Shown here: piece after piece, positions 26,943 to 36,787 of the stretch
How the letters are laid out: every line of letters begins with the position of its first letter
Position numbering within the stretch: the first letter of the stretch is position 1
Assembly (NCBI GenBank): GCA_965116475.1
Contig: OZ220691.1
Location: forward strand, 1,600,001-1,664,000
Length of the DNA stretch: 64,000 nt
Direction: 5' to 3'
Origin: Gemmatimonadota bacterium
GTDB lineage: Bacteria; Gemmatimonadota; Gemmatimonadetes; Palauibacterales; Palauibacteraceae
The notes under the pieces: model-generated
The model's database searches: none
What the model saw: the letters and a program-made list of their open reading frames with translations, nothing else
What the model was told of the DNA's origin: nothing
Program-made: the position numbers and the translations under genes

Positions 26943-27772
26943 GGATCATCCCGCCGGAGCGGGACGGTCTGCGGTGCGCCGGTATCGCTCCCGGGGCCGG
27001 GGTGCGGCACCACTCTGAGCGGCCAGTCGTAAACCGCCTCCAGCGACTCTCGTGACAACATTTCGTCCGGTGTGCCGCGGGCCCGCGCGCGTCCACGGTC
27101 GAGCAGCAGAAGCCGGTCGGCGAATCGGGCGGCCAGGTTGATGTCGTGGGTGATGACCAGCACGCCGAGACCGGCGGCCCGGAGTTGGCGCAGGAGGTGG
27201 AAGAGTTCCATGCGGTAGCGGAGGTCGAGTCCGGCCGTGGGCTCATCGAGCAGCAGGACCGGCGCCTCCTGGGCGAGCGCCCTGGCGATCCTGGCCCGCT
27301 GTCGCTCGCCGCCGGAGAGTTCGCCCAGGTGGCGATCCGCGAACTCCGTCACCGTGCAGCGCGCCATCGCGTCTTCCACGACCGCGCGGTCCCGGTCGCC
27401 GGAGCGCTCCCAGGGGCCGAGGTGCGCGTATCGTCCCATCCCCACCATTTCCCGCACCGTGACGGGAAACGGGGAGGACTCGGACTGCGGCACCACCGCG
27501 ATCGCGAGAGCACGCTCCCGGTCGCCCAGGTCGGACAGCGCGCGGTCGTCGAGGGTGACCCCACCGTCCTGGGGCGTCAGGGTCCCTGAGAGGAGCTTCA
27601 ACAGCGTCGTCTTGCCGGCGCCGTTGGGACCCACGACGGCGAGGAGGCTCCCCGGAGAGACGGAGAGCGAGACCCGGCGCACGGCGGCCTCGTCCGCCCG
27701 CGGATGGGTGAAGCTCAGATCCCGGCCCTCCAACACCGGCCGCCAGTCGCGCGACGGGGCGGCTTCCCTCAC
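26939..27772 (-). CDS. Cobalamin/Fe-siderophore ABC transporter ATP-binding subunit (BtuD-like)
   Basis: GPNGAGKTT, LSGGERQR, LLDEPT, THDIN. Confidence 0.92.
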   Translation of the reverse strand: MREAAPSRDWRPVLEGRDLSFTHPRADEAAVRRVSLSVSPGSLLAVVGPNGAGKTTLLKLLSGTLTPQDGGVTLDDRALSDLGDRERALAIAVVPQSESSPFPVTVREMVGMGRYAHLGPWERSGDRDRAVVEDAMARCTVTEFADRHLGELSGGERQRARIARALAQEAPVLLLDEPTAGLDLRYRMELFHLLRQLRAAGLGVLVITHDINLAARFADRLLLLDRGRARARGTPDEMLSRESLEAVYDWPLRVVPHPGPGSDTGAPQTVPLRRDDP

Positions 27773-28764
27773 CGCCGCCCCCCCCGCAGCAGCAGCGCCA
27801 CGAAGAACGGCACCCCCGCGACGGCCGTGACCACGCCGGTCGGGAGTTCGGCCGGCGCCACGACCAGGCGGGCCACGGTGTCCGCGAGCAGGAGGAAGGC
27901 GGTTCCAGCCAGGAAGGACGCGGGGAGAAGCATGCGGTGGTCGTTCCCCCACGCGAGCCGGACGGCGTGCGGAACGATCAGCCCGACGAAGCCGATCACG
28001 CCGCCCGCCGCCACGGCCGCGGCCACCATCAGCGACGCGGCCAGGTAGGCGGTGAGCTTCACCCGCTGCACGGAGGCGCCCAGGTAGAACGCGACCTCCT
28101 CACCGCGCGAGAGCAGATTGAAGGCACGGGCCAGCGAGACCACGGTCAGCGCGCCGGGAACGAGCAGCAGGGCCAGCAGCCCGGTCGACGGCCAGTCGGC
28201 GCCGGAGAGGTTGCCCATCATCCAGAAGATGGCCGAGCGGAATGACTCCACGTCGGCGACCGAGAGCAGAAGCAGGATCACCGCGTTGAAGAAGGCGCCG
28301 ATGATCACACCCGACAGGATCAGGACGCGCGTGTCCATCCGTCCGGGCGAGGCCCGCCGCGCGACCGCCAGCACCAGCGCCATCGCGGCCAGCGCACCGG
28401 CGAACGCGCCCAGGGGGAGCGTCCAGGGAAGGCGCAGCCCGACGCCGGTGACCACGACCGCCACCGCGCCGACCGCGGCTCCGCCCGAGACTCCGAGCAC
28501 GTAGGGTTCGGCGAGCGGGTTGCGCAGGAGGGCCTGAAAGGTGCAGCCGCTGAGGCCGAGCGCCCCTCCGACCAGCGCGGCCAGAGCCGCGCGGGGCAGC
28601 CGCAACTGGAGGAGGATGGAACGGGTGGTGGGGTCGGCCTCTCCCGAGAGAAGGCGCCACAACTCTCCAGGGCCCAGACCGGAGGCGCCGAAGGAGACGC
28701 TGAGCCCGATCGCGGCGACGACGACCAGCGCGAGGAGTGCGAGGCGGCGGGGCGTGTGCGTCAA
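27769..28764 (-). CDS. FecCD/BtuC-family ABC permease
   Basis: LRLPRA, RNPLAEPYVLGVSGGA, GVIGFVGLIVPH, ELPTGVVTA; TTG start overlaps the upstream stop. Confidence 0.93.
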   Translation of the reverse strand: MTHTPRRLALLALVVVAAIGLSVSFGASGLGPGELWRLLSGEADPTTRSILLQLRLPRAALAALVGGALGLSGCTFQALLRNPLAEPYVLGVSGGAAVGAVAVVVTGVGLRLPWTLPLGAFAGALAAMALVLAVARRASPGRMDTRVLILSGVIIGAFFNAVILLLLSVADVESFRSAIFWMMGNLSGADWPSTGLLALLLVPGALTVVSLARAFNLLSRGEEVAFYLGASVQRVKLTAYLAASLMVAAAVAAGGVIGFVGLIVPHAVRLAWGNDHRMLLPASFLAGTAFLLLADTVARLVVAPAELPTGVVTAVAGVPFFVALLLRGGRR

Positions 28765-29714
28765 CGCGGCCCGTGCAGGAAGTGGGCCATGCGACGTGCC
28801 GCCTCCGCCACGCGGGGTCCGGGTCGGTTGAAGAGGTCGCCGTCCACGAGGAGGTAGCGGCCGGCGCGGACGGCGCGCAGTTCCCGCCACCCCGGCCCCT
28901 CGAGCCACGGCGCACCCGGAGCTTCGGGCGCGTGCCGGGCGATGACGAGGGCGTCGGGATCGCGCCGCAGGATCGCCTCGACGGACACCCGCGGCCACGA
29001 GCGCGCGGCATCGCCGAAGACGTTGCGTCCACCCGCGTGCTCGATCACCTCGTCGATGAAGGTCCCCGGCCCGGTCGTCTGCGGCGGGTCGTGCCACACG
29101 GAGTAGTAGACGTCGACGGGCTCGCGTCCGCGCACCACGGCGGCCACGCTCTCCAGCTCGAGGTCCAGCGAGTCCACCAGCGCGGCGGCCCGTTCCTCGC
29201 GGCCGAGCAGCGTGCCCAGGCGGCGCAGGTGGCTGCGCACGTCGCCGATCGTCTGCACGTTCGCCCTGTATACGGGGATGCCCAGCGCGTCCAGCCGTTC
29301 CCCCACTGCGCGCTGGAACGCGTCGGCCCACGTGATGACGAGATCGGGTTCGAGACCGGCCAGTGCCTCGAGATTCGGCTGGATGGTCCCGCCGAGCGAC
29401 GGGAGGTGGGCGAGTTCCGGGGCCCGGTCGAACCGCGTGCGCGCGACGAGGACGCCGGGATCCAGCGCGGTGATCGATTCGGTCAGCGAGGGGATCACCG
29501 AAAAGACGCGGCGCGCCGGCGCGGTGAGCGCGACGGTGGTTCCCGCATCGTCCATGACGGAAACCGCGGGCACGTCCGCCTTCTCGTCCGGGGCACAGGA
29601 CGTGAGGAGGACCGGGACAAGCAGGGCCGGGGCGAGCAGGGCGGCGATCCGCCGCGCGAACGGAGCAATCGGGGGCGCTGTCGCGCTGGCCCTGGCCTGG
29701 TCTGCCGTGTACAC
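28761..29714 (-). CDS. Cobalamin-binding periplasmic lipoprotein (BtuF-like)
   Basis: Lipobox LTSC; RVFSVIPSLTE, PNLEALAGLEPDLV, RPGPR; downstream of a B12 riboswitch. Confidence 0.88.
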   Translation of the reverse strand: MYTADQARASATAPPIAPFARRIAALLAPALLVPVLLTSCAPDEKADVPAVSVMDDAGTTVALTAPARRVFSVIPSLTESITALDPGVLVARTRFDRAPELAHLPSLGGTIQPNLEALAGLEPDLVITWADAFQRAVGERLDALGIPVYRANVQTIGDVRSHLRRLGTLLGREERAAALVDSLDLELESVAAVVRGREPVDVYYSVWHDPPQTTGPGTFIDEVIEHAGGRNVFGDAARSWPRVSVEAILRRDPDALVIARHAPEAPGAPWLEGPGWRELRAVRAGRYLLVDGDLFNRPGPRVAEAARRMAHFLHGPR

Positions 29715-29747
29715 CGGTTCCCCTCCCTCGAAGGATGGTGTTGAGAG

Positions 29748-29913
29748 GACGAGGGAACCGCGTCTCCTGGCTCGAGGTGACGTCGCTCGCCTTCCCGGGA
29801 TCAACCAGTGGCCGTCGAGCGCGTCGTTTCGGATCCGCCGATGGGATCCGGACCTCCTACAGTGGCGGGGCCGCGTCGGCTTCGGACCGAACTTCCGGTG
29901 GCCCCCTCGCGTC
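29748..29913 (-). ncRNA. Cobalamin riboswitch upstream of the btuFCD-cbiB-cobD-cobO-cobQ operon
   Basis: Minus strand: GGAAGTTCGGT..AAGCCGACGCGGCCCCGCCACTGTA...GCCACTGG...GGGAAGG...AGCCAGGAGAC; downstream TCCTTCGAGGGA hairpin overlaps the RBS. Confidence 0.9.
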
Positions 29914-30933
29914 AATCTGCGAGGATAGCCGCACATCCGAGGGCGGGGCAACTCGGCAGCCGCCGCCGATCAACCGCAGGGACACGACCGTCGCGGGCGA
30001 ACGCGCGGGCAGCACGGGCACCACGACACCGCCCCCGTGGTTCAGGATGTCCGAGACCTCCTCCGGCGCCGGCGTTTCGTCCTCCGGGTAGAGAAGCCCC
30101 CACACGGTGCCCGAGTGAGCCCGCAGGATGCCGAGCGCGGTCGTCTCCCGGGCGCACGCCTCCAGTCCCGGCGGGGCGGGAGGACACCCCAGGCAATGGG
30201 CCTCCGCGGCGCTCGCCGTCGCCGCCGCGCCGATCTTCCCGGGGTCACCGTGCGCGATCCCTTCGGCGCAGAGCCGGAATGCGTCGCGCCAGGCGCTCAG
30301 GGCGTGTTCGGGGAGTCGGGTCGGAAGCCTCCGGTTGAACGCCACCGTGTCCACCGCCCCGGGGAGTCTGATGCCGAGGATGTTCAGGGCCGGGGGCGGG
30401 CCGAGCGGCTCCTGGATCGTGCCGCCGCGGTGATCGAACAGCACGAGCCCGGAGAGCAGAGAGCCGCTGGTCGGCTCAACCTCGAGGGCGGCGCGGACGA
30501 CGGCTTCACCCGACCCCCGCAGGCCCAGGGCGTCCACCCCGGCGCGCAATCCCGCGCCCAGATCGGCGGTGCTGCTTCCGAAGCCGGCCCCCCGAGGCAC
30601 CTCATCGCCGCCGAGCCTCACGCGCAGGGCGCGGCCGGGCCGCCCGCGCAGCAGGACCTCCAGACCGCGCTTCACCTTGGCATAGCGGGGGGAAGCACCC
30701 GCTTCGGCCCGGGCAGGCGGCACGACCTCCGCGCGGGCGGTCCGGTACAGGTCGACGGGAGCCGCGATCTGTAGCCAGCGGCCGCGCCCGAAGCCCTGCA
30801 CGAGTTCGCCGCAGGTGGCCGGGGCCGCCCAGGTCGCGGACCCGGCACCCGCCCCGGCCGGACGCCTTGCCGGGGGCACCGAGACGCACGCGACACCAGC
30901 TTGCACGCTGTCTGCAGAGCCTGTATCCATCAT
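29857..30933 (-). CDS. pduX: L-threonine kinase (PduX-like GHMP kinase)
   Basis: APATCGELVQG, PRGAGFGSSTAD, VEPTSG, AHSGTVWG; the start may instead be GTG 30879. Confidence 0.85.
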   Translation of the reverse strand: MMDTGSADSVQAGVACVSVPPARRPAGAGAGSATWAAPATCGELVQGFGRGRWLQIAAPVDLYRTARAEVVPPARAEAGASPRYAKVKRGLEVLLRGRPGRALRVRLGGDEVPRGAGFGSSTADLGAGLRAGVDALGLRGSGEAVVRAALEVEPTSGSLLSGLVLFDHRGGTIQEPLGPPPALNILGIRLPGAVDTVAFNRRLPTRLPEHALSAWRDAFRLCAEGIAHGDPGKIGAAATASAAEAHCLGCPPAPPGLEACARETTALGILRAHSGTVWGLLYPEDETPAPEEVSDILNHGGGVVVPVLPARSPATVVSLRLIGGGCRVAPPSDVRLSSQIDARGPPEVRSEADAAPPL

Positions 30934-30944
30934 CGCAGTTCATG

Positions 30945-31107
30945 GACGGAGGGGCGCTCGGAAGTCCGGTGAAAGTCCGGCGCGGCCCCGCCACTGTAAA
31001 GGGACAGGGGGATCCGATCCCCCGGTGTTCCGCTCACGAAGCCACTGGGCCGCGAGGCTCGGGAAGGCGAGCGGATCCGTCCCAAGCCAGGAGACCTCTC
31101 CTCCGTC
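30945..31107 (+). ncRNA. Cobalamin riboswitch upstream of btuB
   Basis: GGAAGTCCGGTGAAAGTCCGGCGCGGCCCCGCCACTGTAA...AGCCACTGGG...GGGAAGGC...AGCCAGGAGAC; P1 GACGGAG/CTCCGTC. Confidence 0.93.
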
Positions 31108-31206
31108 TTCGGATCGACACCCTCGCGGGAGGGCGTGGTCCCGCGTTCGCGCCGCCGCGTGGACGTTCGACCGTGCTCTTCCCCGTCCCGGAGAAGACGG
31201 GGTCGA

Positions 31207-33456
31207 GTGAAGAAGAAGTTCGCGATCGCCATCCTCGCTGCCGGCGTTGCCTTGCCGGGCACTCCGGCACACGCGGCACACGCGCTCCCCACCCAGGTCG
31301 CCGCCTCGGTTCACGTGTCCGTGCGGGCGGCAAGGACCTTGCCAACCGCGCCCGGCGAGGCTGCGACGGAGCCGGGCGCGGCCGTCGCCGTGCCGGGTGC
31401 GGCGGTCGCCGTCCGGGGCGCCGGGCTCCAGGCGACGACCGACGCGCGCGGCGTCGCCGTCCTCCGGGGTCTCTCGCCGGGACCGCACGCCCTCGTGGTC
31501 TCGGCGCCCGGCTTCCTGGAAGCCGCGGTCGAGGTCGAAGCTGCGAACGGGCGCGTCACGCGAACGAGCATCGTGCTCGATCCGGCCCCGGTACGGATCA
31601 GGGAGCTGGTGGTGCAGGTGGCAGCCCGTGAGCGGGACGCGGGCGCCACGGTGTTGGAGACCGCCAGCCTTCCGCCCGGGGTGATGGATCTCCCGGCCGC
31701 GCTCGAACGCGTTCCAGGGGCAACGGTCGTGAGGCAGGGCGGGCCGGGGGCTCCCGCGGTTCTGCAACTGCGCGGCGCGGGCGGCGACCAGGTGCTGGTG
31801 CTGCTCGACGGAACGCCGATCAACTCTCCGCTCACCGGGGTCGCGGATCTGAGCACGGTGGACCTCGAGTCCGTGTCGCGCATCGCCGTGATCCCGGGGG
31901 CGCAGTCCGCCCGCTACGGGCCGCAGGCGCTGGGCGGCGTCGTCCTGCTGGAGAGCCGCGACCGCGACGTGACGACCGCCGCCGTCACCGCCGGGATGGG
32001 CTCCTGGTCCGCGGCGGAGACGGCAATCACCGGGTCGAGCGGTCTCGGGAACGCCTGGTCAGTCTCCGGCGGCGCCCGCTGGCGGCGGTCGAACGGCGCG
32101 TTCACCTACGATGTCCCCGACTTCCGGGGCGGCGGGGAGGCGACCCGCGACAACTCCGCCTTCTCTCAGGCGGGAGGAGACGTCCGCATCACCCGGCGCG
32201 GGAGCGCGCAGGCATCGCTGCGCGCCCACCTCAGCGACATCGAGCGCGGGAGCCCGGGGACGATCGCACAACCCTCCGCCACCGGCCGACAGCGCCACCG
32301 CCGCTACGGGCTCGGCGCCACGGTCGAAGCGGACGGTGCGTCCCCGGCGTCAGGCCTCGGAGGCTCGGCCCGCGGTTCGGTCCAGTGGCAGCGCGCGGAC
32401 TACGCGGATCCGGCCCCCCCCTTCGGGCGCGCCTACGACACCCGTACGCGGGTGCGGCGCGCGGAACTTGCTCTGGAGGGCTGGTGGAGCGCCGAAGCGG
32501 CGCCGCCGTCGCGCGAGGACGCCCTCGACGTCCGGTTCGGCCTCCACGCGGCCCGGCTCGATGTCGAGTCGAACGCGCTGACCTCGTCCGCCATCGGCCT
32601 CGACGAACTCGGGGCCTGGGCGCGCGCCGGGCGCGGCTGGCGGCTGCGGTCCGGTCTCCGCCTCGATGTGGGCACAGCCCTCCGCGCCGACCGGCATGAC
32701 CTCGTGGACGGCGTGACCCTGTCGCCCGCCGTGGAAGCCGCGCTGACCCGCGCCGGGTTCGCCCTCGACCTCCGGTGGGGCCGCGGCTTCTCCCCGCCTG
32801 GGCTCGGCGACCTCTTCTTCCAGGAAGGGGTCCTCGTCGAGCCCAACCCCGACCTCGGGCCGGAGCGCATACGGGGAGAACTCTCGGCGACGCTCGCCCA
32901 GCGGTGGTCGGCCGGCCCCGCCGGCGGGGAACTGCGCGCGACCGTCTATCGCGCGGACCTCGACGGCATGATCCTCTGGTTCCCTGATCACCGCTTCGTG
33001 TGGAGCCCGGACAACTACGACGTTGCGCGCCGGGGCCTCGAACTCGGCGCCACGACCGACCTGGCCGCGTTCGGACGCACGCACAGCTTCACCGTCGGCG
33101 CCGCCTGGTCCGAGGTCGAGTACACGGGCGCCGTGCTGGATGGCCAGGTCGCCTACCGGCCGCGCTTCACGGCCGATGTGGCCCTGGGCATCGGGCTCCC
33201 GGCCGGGATCACGCTCACCCCGTCCGGCACACACGTCGGGTCGCGCCGCACGGTGCCCGGCTCGCCGCTGAACGCGCTCGCCGCCTACACGCTCGTCAAC
33301 GCCGGCATCGCCGTGCCCTTCGATTTCGGCCGGTTCGCCGGGCGGCTCGAGCTGGCCCTCACGAACCTCCTCGACGAACGCGCTGCGCTGCTCGTCGACT
33401 ATCCCCTGCCGGGCCGCGGCTGGTCGACGCGGATCCGCCTCGGAGCCGCGAGATGA
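31207..33456 (+). CDS. btuB: TonB-dependent cobalamin receptor with an N-terminal carboxypeptidase-regulatory-like domain
   Basis: Plug motifs LRGAGGDQVLVLLDG and SARYGPQALGGVV, PNPDLGPER, NLLDE...PGR; B12 riboswitch upstream. Confidence 0.88.
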   Translation: MKKKFAIAILAAGVALPGTPAHAAHALPTQVAASVHVSVRAARTLPTAPGEAATEPGAAVAVPGAAVAVRGAGLQATTDARGVAVLRGLSPGPHALVVSAPGFLEAAVEVEAANGRVTRTSIVLDPAPVRIRELVVQVAARERDAGATVLETASLPPGVMDLPAALERVPGATVVRQGGPGAPAVLQLRGAGGDQVLVLLDGTPINSPLTGVADLSTVDLESVSRIAVIPGAQSARYGPQALGGVVLLESRDRDVTTAAVTAGMGSWSAAETAITGSSGLGNAWSVSGGARWRRSNGAFTYDVPDFRGGGEATRDNSAFSQAGGDVRITRRGSAQASLRAHLSDIERGSPGTIAQPSATGRQRHRRYGLGATVEADGASPASGLGGSARGSVQWQRADYADPAPPFGRAYDTRTRVRRAELALEGWWSAEAAPPSREDALDVRFGLHAARLDVESNALTSSAIGLDELGAWARAGRGWRLRSGLRLDVGTALRADRHDLVDGVTLSPAVEAALTRAGFALDLRWGRGFSPPGLGDLFFQEGVLVEPNPDLGPERIRGELSATLAQRWSAGPAGGELRATVYRADLDGMILWFPDHRFVWSPDNYDVARRGLELGATTDLAAFGRTHSFTVGAAWSEVEYTGAVLDGQVAYRPRFTADVALGIGLPAGITLTPSGTHVGSRRTVPGSPLNALAAYTLVNAGIAVPFDFGRFAGRLELALTNLLDERAALLVDYPLPGRGWSTRIRLGAAR

Positions 33457-33509
33457 CCGCGCAATCCACTTCGTTCACCGAACCCCCGTCAACCATGGAT
33501 GGATCTCTC

Positions 33510-34892
33510 ATGACCCGTATCTCGCTTCGCCCCATCATGCTCGTCGCCCTCGTCCTTCCAGCCGCATGCGGCGACGACACCCCCGCCCAACCCGTGGGCC
33601 CCACCGGGCCCGGCGCGCCCACCGTAACGATCACGTCGCCGGCCTCCGGCCTCATGGTCAGCGAAGGGACGCCGGTCCAGTTGGCCGGCACGGGCACGGA
33701 TCCGCAGGACGGCACGCTCGGGGGCGCCGCTCTGGCCTGGACGAGCTCGATCGACGGAGCGCTGGGCACGGGCTCGCCGCTCGAGGTCGAGTCGCCGTCG
33801 GTGGGCGTGCACACGATCACGCTGACGGCGACCGACGCCGACGGTAACACCGGCAACGCCTCGGTCTCGCTGCTGGTCGAGAGGCTGGAGTTTCTCGACG
33901 GAACGGTAAGCGACGCCCAGATCGGCGTCGTCGTGAACTCGAGCGCGAACGCGCTCCGGCTCTTTCAACTCGGCGATCCGGGCGAGCACCGGGACATCGC
34001 CCTGGGCGCGTCGAGCGCGGTGACGCCCACCGGCATCGGCATCCGCGGCGAGACGGGCGTCGTGCCGCTCGGAAACGCGGCCTCGGTCGCCGTCATCGAC
34101 CTCCGTACGCGGCAGATCGGCGGGTTCTTCCTCTTCGAGTCCGGGAACGCGACCGGGTCGGCATTCGTGGACGACCGGACGGTGCTGGCGGCCAACCAGC
34201 AGACGGATGAAGTGGGGAGATTCACGATCGGACAGGCGGGCGGCGCCATCGGCGACCTGGTCTCCGTGACGCAGTTTCCGACCGGCATCGTGCCGTTCTC
34301 CGGCTCGCTCGCCTTCGTCATCTCCGCCAACCTGGACGACAACTTCGCACCGGCGGGCGACGGCGTCGTGACGGCGCTCGACCCGCTCACGATGTCCGTC
34401 GTCGCCACGATCGAGACCGGCGGCACCAATGCTCAGTTCGGGGCCATCGGGCCGGATGGAATGTTGTACGTGATGAACACCGGCAACTACGTCGCCCCGT
34501 CGACGCTGGCGATCATCGATCCCGGTTCACTCGAACTCGTCGAAGTCGTCGAGGGATTTCCTCCGGGTTCGGGACACGTGCACATATCGGAGGACGGCAC
34601 GCTGTTCGCGTCGGCCTTCTTCGCGGGGACGGTGGCCTGGAACACAGTCACGAAGGCGTTCGAGCGGGACGCCTCCAACCCCATCTGCGCACCTCTCGCC
34701 GGCGGCGGTTGCCGGGGGGCCTTCGCCGCGCATACGTCCGCGGACGGTTCGCTCTACCAGACCTTCTTCGGCAGCGCGAGCCAGAACCTGCCGCCCTGGA
34801 TCTTCCGCTATGCTCCGGAGACCTGGGCGCTTGCCGACAGTATCCCGCCGGGACCGGGACCGGTGGGACTCGAGATCAGGAGCTTCCGGTAG
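33510..34892 (+). CDS. Lipoprotein with an Ig-like domain and a YncE-like beta-propeller (possible BtuG analogue)
   Basis: Lipobox PAAC; PTVTITSP...GTDPQDG...GVHTITLTATD Ig-like module; repeated VAVID/VVATIETG/PVG propeller blades; alternative start 33453. Confidence 0.75.
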   Translation: MTRISLRPIMLVALVLPAACGDDTPAQPVGPTGPGAPTVTITSPASGLMVSEGTPVQLAGTGTDPQDGTLGGAALAWTSSIDGALGTGSPLEVESPSVGVHTITLTATDADGNTGNASVSLLVERLEFLDGTVSDAQIGVVVNSSANALRLFQLGDPGEHRDIALGASSAVTPTGIGIRGETGVVPLGNAASVAVIDLRTRQIGGFFLFESGNATGSAFVDDRTVLAANQQTDEVGRFTIGQAGGAIGDLVSVTQFPTGIVPFSGSLAFVISANLDDNFAPAGDGVVTALDPLTMSVVATIETGGTNAQFGAIGPDGMLYVMNTGNYVAPSTLAIIDPGSLELVEVVEGFPPGSGHVHISEDGTLFASAFFAGTVAWNTVTKAFERDASNPICAPLAGGGCRGAFAAHTSADGSLYQTFFGSASQNLPPWIFRYAPETWALADSIPPGPGPVGLEIRSFR

Positions 34893-35463
34893 GCTGGGTC
34901 GGGCAGGCGGGGTCCGGCGGACTGGACCGGGGGCACGGCCGCGTGAACCGCTTGGCCGCCAGGAAGTCGAGCCGCCGGTCGATGGCCCGTTCCCAGGCGA
35001 GGCCGTCGGCCACCACGTCGAGGCAGTGCACCACGCCGGCGTGCGCCATCAGGAAATGGGCCCCCGAGTCAAGGTCTCGCCACCACGCGGCCACCCGCCC
35101 GGTGAACGCGGCGACGGTCTCCCCGCCGGGGGGAGACCGGGTCTGCCAGTCGGCCATCCATTCGTCGGCTTCGGCGCGCGGCACGGCGTCCCAGGCCCGG
35201 CCCTCCCAATCGCCGTAGGACATCTCGCGCACCCGCCGATCAATGCGGTGCGGGACGCCGAGCCGCTCCGCGAGCAGCGCGGCCGGCTCGCGGCAACGGA
35301 CGGCATCGGACGACCAGATCATGCCCGGGGCGAACTCGGCCACGACGGGCTCGATGCGCGCGGCCGCTTCGGCCCCGTCCAGCGTCGTGGGCACGTCCGT
35401 CTGCCCGTAGACGATGCCCTCCACGGCGACGGGTGCGTGCCGGATGGCGAGGAGGTGGATCAC
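34876..35463 (-). CDS. cobC: Histidine phosphatase (alpha-ribazole-phosphate phosphatase-like)
   Basis: IRHAP, SSDAVRC, EMSYGDWEG, PPGGE, AHAGV; follows cobS. Confidence 0.85.
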   Translation of the reverse strand: MIHLLAIRHAPVAVEGIVYGQTDVPTTLDGAEAAARIEPVVAEFAPGMIWSSDAVRCREPAALLAERLGVPHRIDRRVREMSYGDWEGRAWDAVPRAEADEWMADWQTRSPPGGETVAAFTGRVAAWWRDLDSGAHFLMAHAGVVHCLDVVADGLAWERAIDRRLDFLAAKRFTRPCPRSSPPDPACPTQPTGSS

Positions 35464-36257
35464 GCGGCGGCCCGCGCGACCTGCACCGCGAGCACGGCGA
35501 CGAGGATCGCGATCTCGTTCACCTGCTCCGTGGCGCCGAGGAAGTCGCCGGTCACGCCGGCGGCGCGCGCGCGGAATCGCCAGCCGCAGAGTGCGGTGGC
35601 GAGGGCCATCGCGGCAAACGCGGCGAGGGCGCCGGTCGCATCGATCGCACCCGTCGTCACCACCGTGGCCGCGCCGGCCACGCCGACCGCGGTCGCAAGC
35701 GCTGCCTGCGCGGCCCCGGCGCGCGCGACGTGACGGCTCTTCGCCGCCGCGGCGCTCGCGTAGGGGAGGGCGGCCATCAGCCAGACCGGGCCGACCCGCG
35801 CCAGGCCGTGCGCGAGGACCAGGGCGGCGGGCGCTGCCGCGAGCCCGGACGCCCCCGCCGCACCCCCCAACTGCGCGAGCAGCACCAGCCGGAACGCGAC
35901 GGACATCACGAGGGCCAGCGCCCCGAAGGCGCCGACCCGCGAGTCCTTCAGGATGACGAAGATCTCCTCGCGGTTCGTCGCTCCGCCCAGCGCGTCGGCC
36001 GTGTCAGCCAATCCGTCCTCATGGAAGGCGCCCGTCAGCAGGATCAACACGACGAGCACGCTCATCGCCGCCACCCACGGCCCCAGCGGCGCCACCAATC
36101 CCCACACGGCCGCGCACACCCCTCCGAGCACCAGTCCGACCAGGGGGAACCACGCCGAGGCCCATCGCCACTCCGCCGCCGAGTAGGGAAAGCCGCCCAG
36201 CGGCAGACGCGTCAGGAAGACGAAAGCGGCGCGCGCGCCTCGGAGCGATGTCCTCAC
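35460..36257 (-). CDS. cobS: Adenosylcobinamide-GDP ribazoletransferase
   Basis: FLTRLP, TGAFHEDGLADTAD, KDSRVGAFG, GVTGDFLGA. Confidence 0.95.
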   Translation of the reverse strand: MRTSLRGARAAFVFLTRLPLGGFPYSAAEWRWASAWFPLVGLVLGGVCAAVWGLVAPLGPWVAAMSVLVVLILLTGAFHEDGLADTADALGGATNREEIFVILKDSRVGAFGALALVMSVAFRLVLLAQLGGAAGASGLAAAPAALVLAHGLARVGPVWLMAALPYASAAAAKSRHVARAGAAQAALATAVGVAGAATVVTTGAIDATGALAAFAAMALATALCGWRFRARAAGVTGDFLGATEQVNEIAILVAVLAVQVARAAA

Positions 36258-36787
36258 TTCAACCGCAACTCCAGCCCGGAGACCATGAGCACCACCCGGT
36301 CCGCGGCGGCGGCGAGACGCTGATTCGCGATGCCCAGCCCGTCCTGGTACCAGCGCCCCAGAGCCGTGGGCGGGTGCACGCTCCACCCCACCTCGTTCGT
36401 CACGACGATCAGTACGCCGGCGCGCGCGGCGCGCGCATCGAGGATCCCGTCGACCTCGGCGGCCATCGCATCCAGCGCGGCCGCCTCGGCGGTGGCGCCG
36501 GAGCGCCCTATGGCCATGCCGGTCAGCACGGTCACGCAATCCAGCAGCACGGTGTTCGTGACGGCGGCGAGGACGGCTTCGCCCGCCCGCGCGGGGGTCT
36601 CGATCGTGTGCCAGCCCGCGGGACGATCGCGGCGGTGGGCCTCGATCCTGCCGCGCATCTCATCGTCGACGGCCTCCGCGGTCGCGATCACGGTGACCTC
36701 TTCCCCGCCGCGCGCCAGCGCCTCATCGCGGGCCCACCGGCTCTTGCCCGAGCGCACCCCGCCAGTCACGAGGAGGAGTTCCATCAT
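36254..36787 (-). CDS. cobU: Adenosylcobinamide kinase/guanylyltransferase
   Basis: VTGGVRSGKS, RIEAHR, LDCVT, VTNEVG, GIANQRLA. Confidence 0.95.
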   Translation of the reverse strand: MMELLLVTGGVRSGKSRWARDEALARGGEEVTVIATAEAVDDEMRGRIEAHRRDRPAGWHTIETPARAGEAVLAAVTNTVLLDCVTVLTGMAIGRSGATAEAAALDAMAAEVDGILDARAARAGVLIVVTNEVGWSVHPPTALGRWYQDGLGIANQRLAAAADRVVLMVSGLELRLK

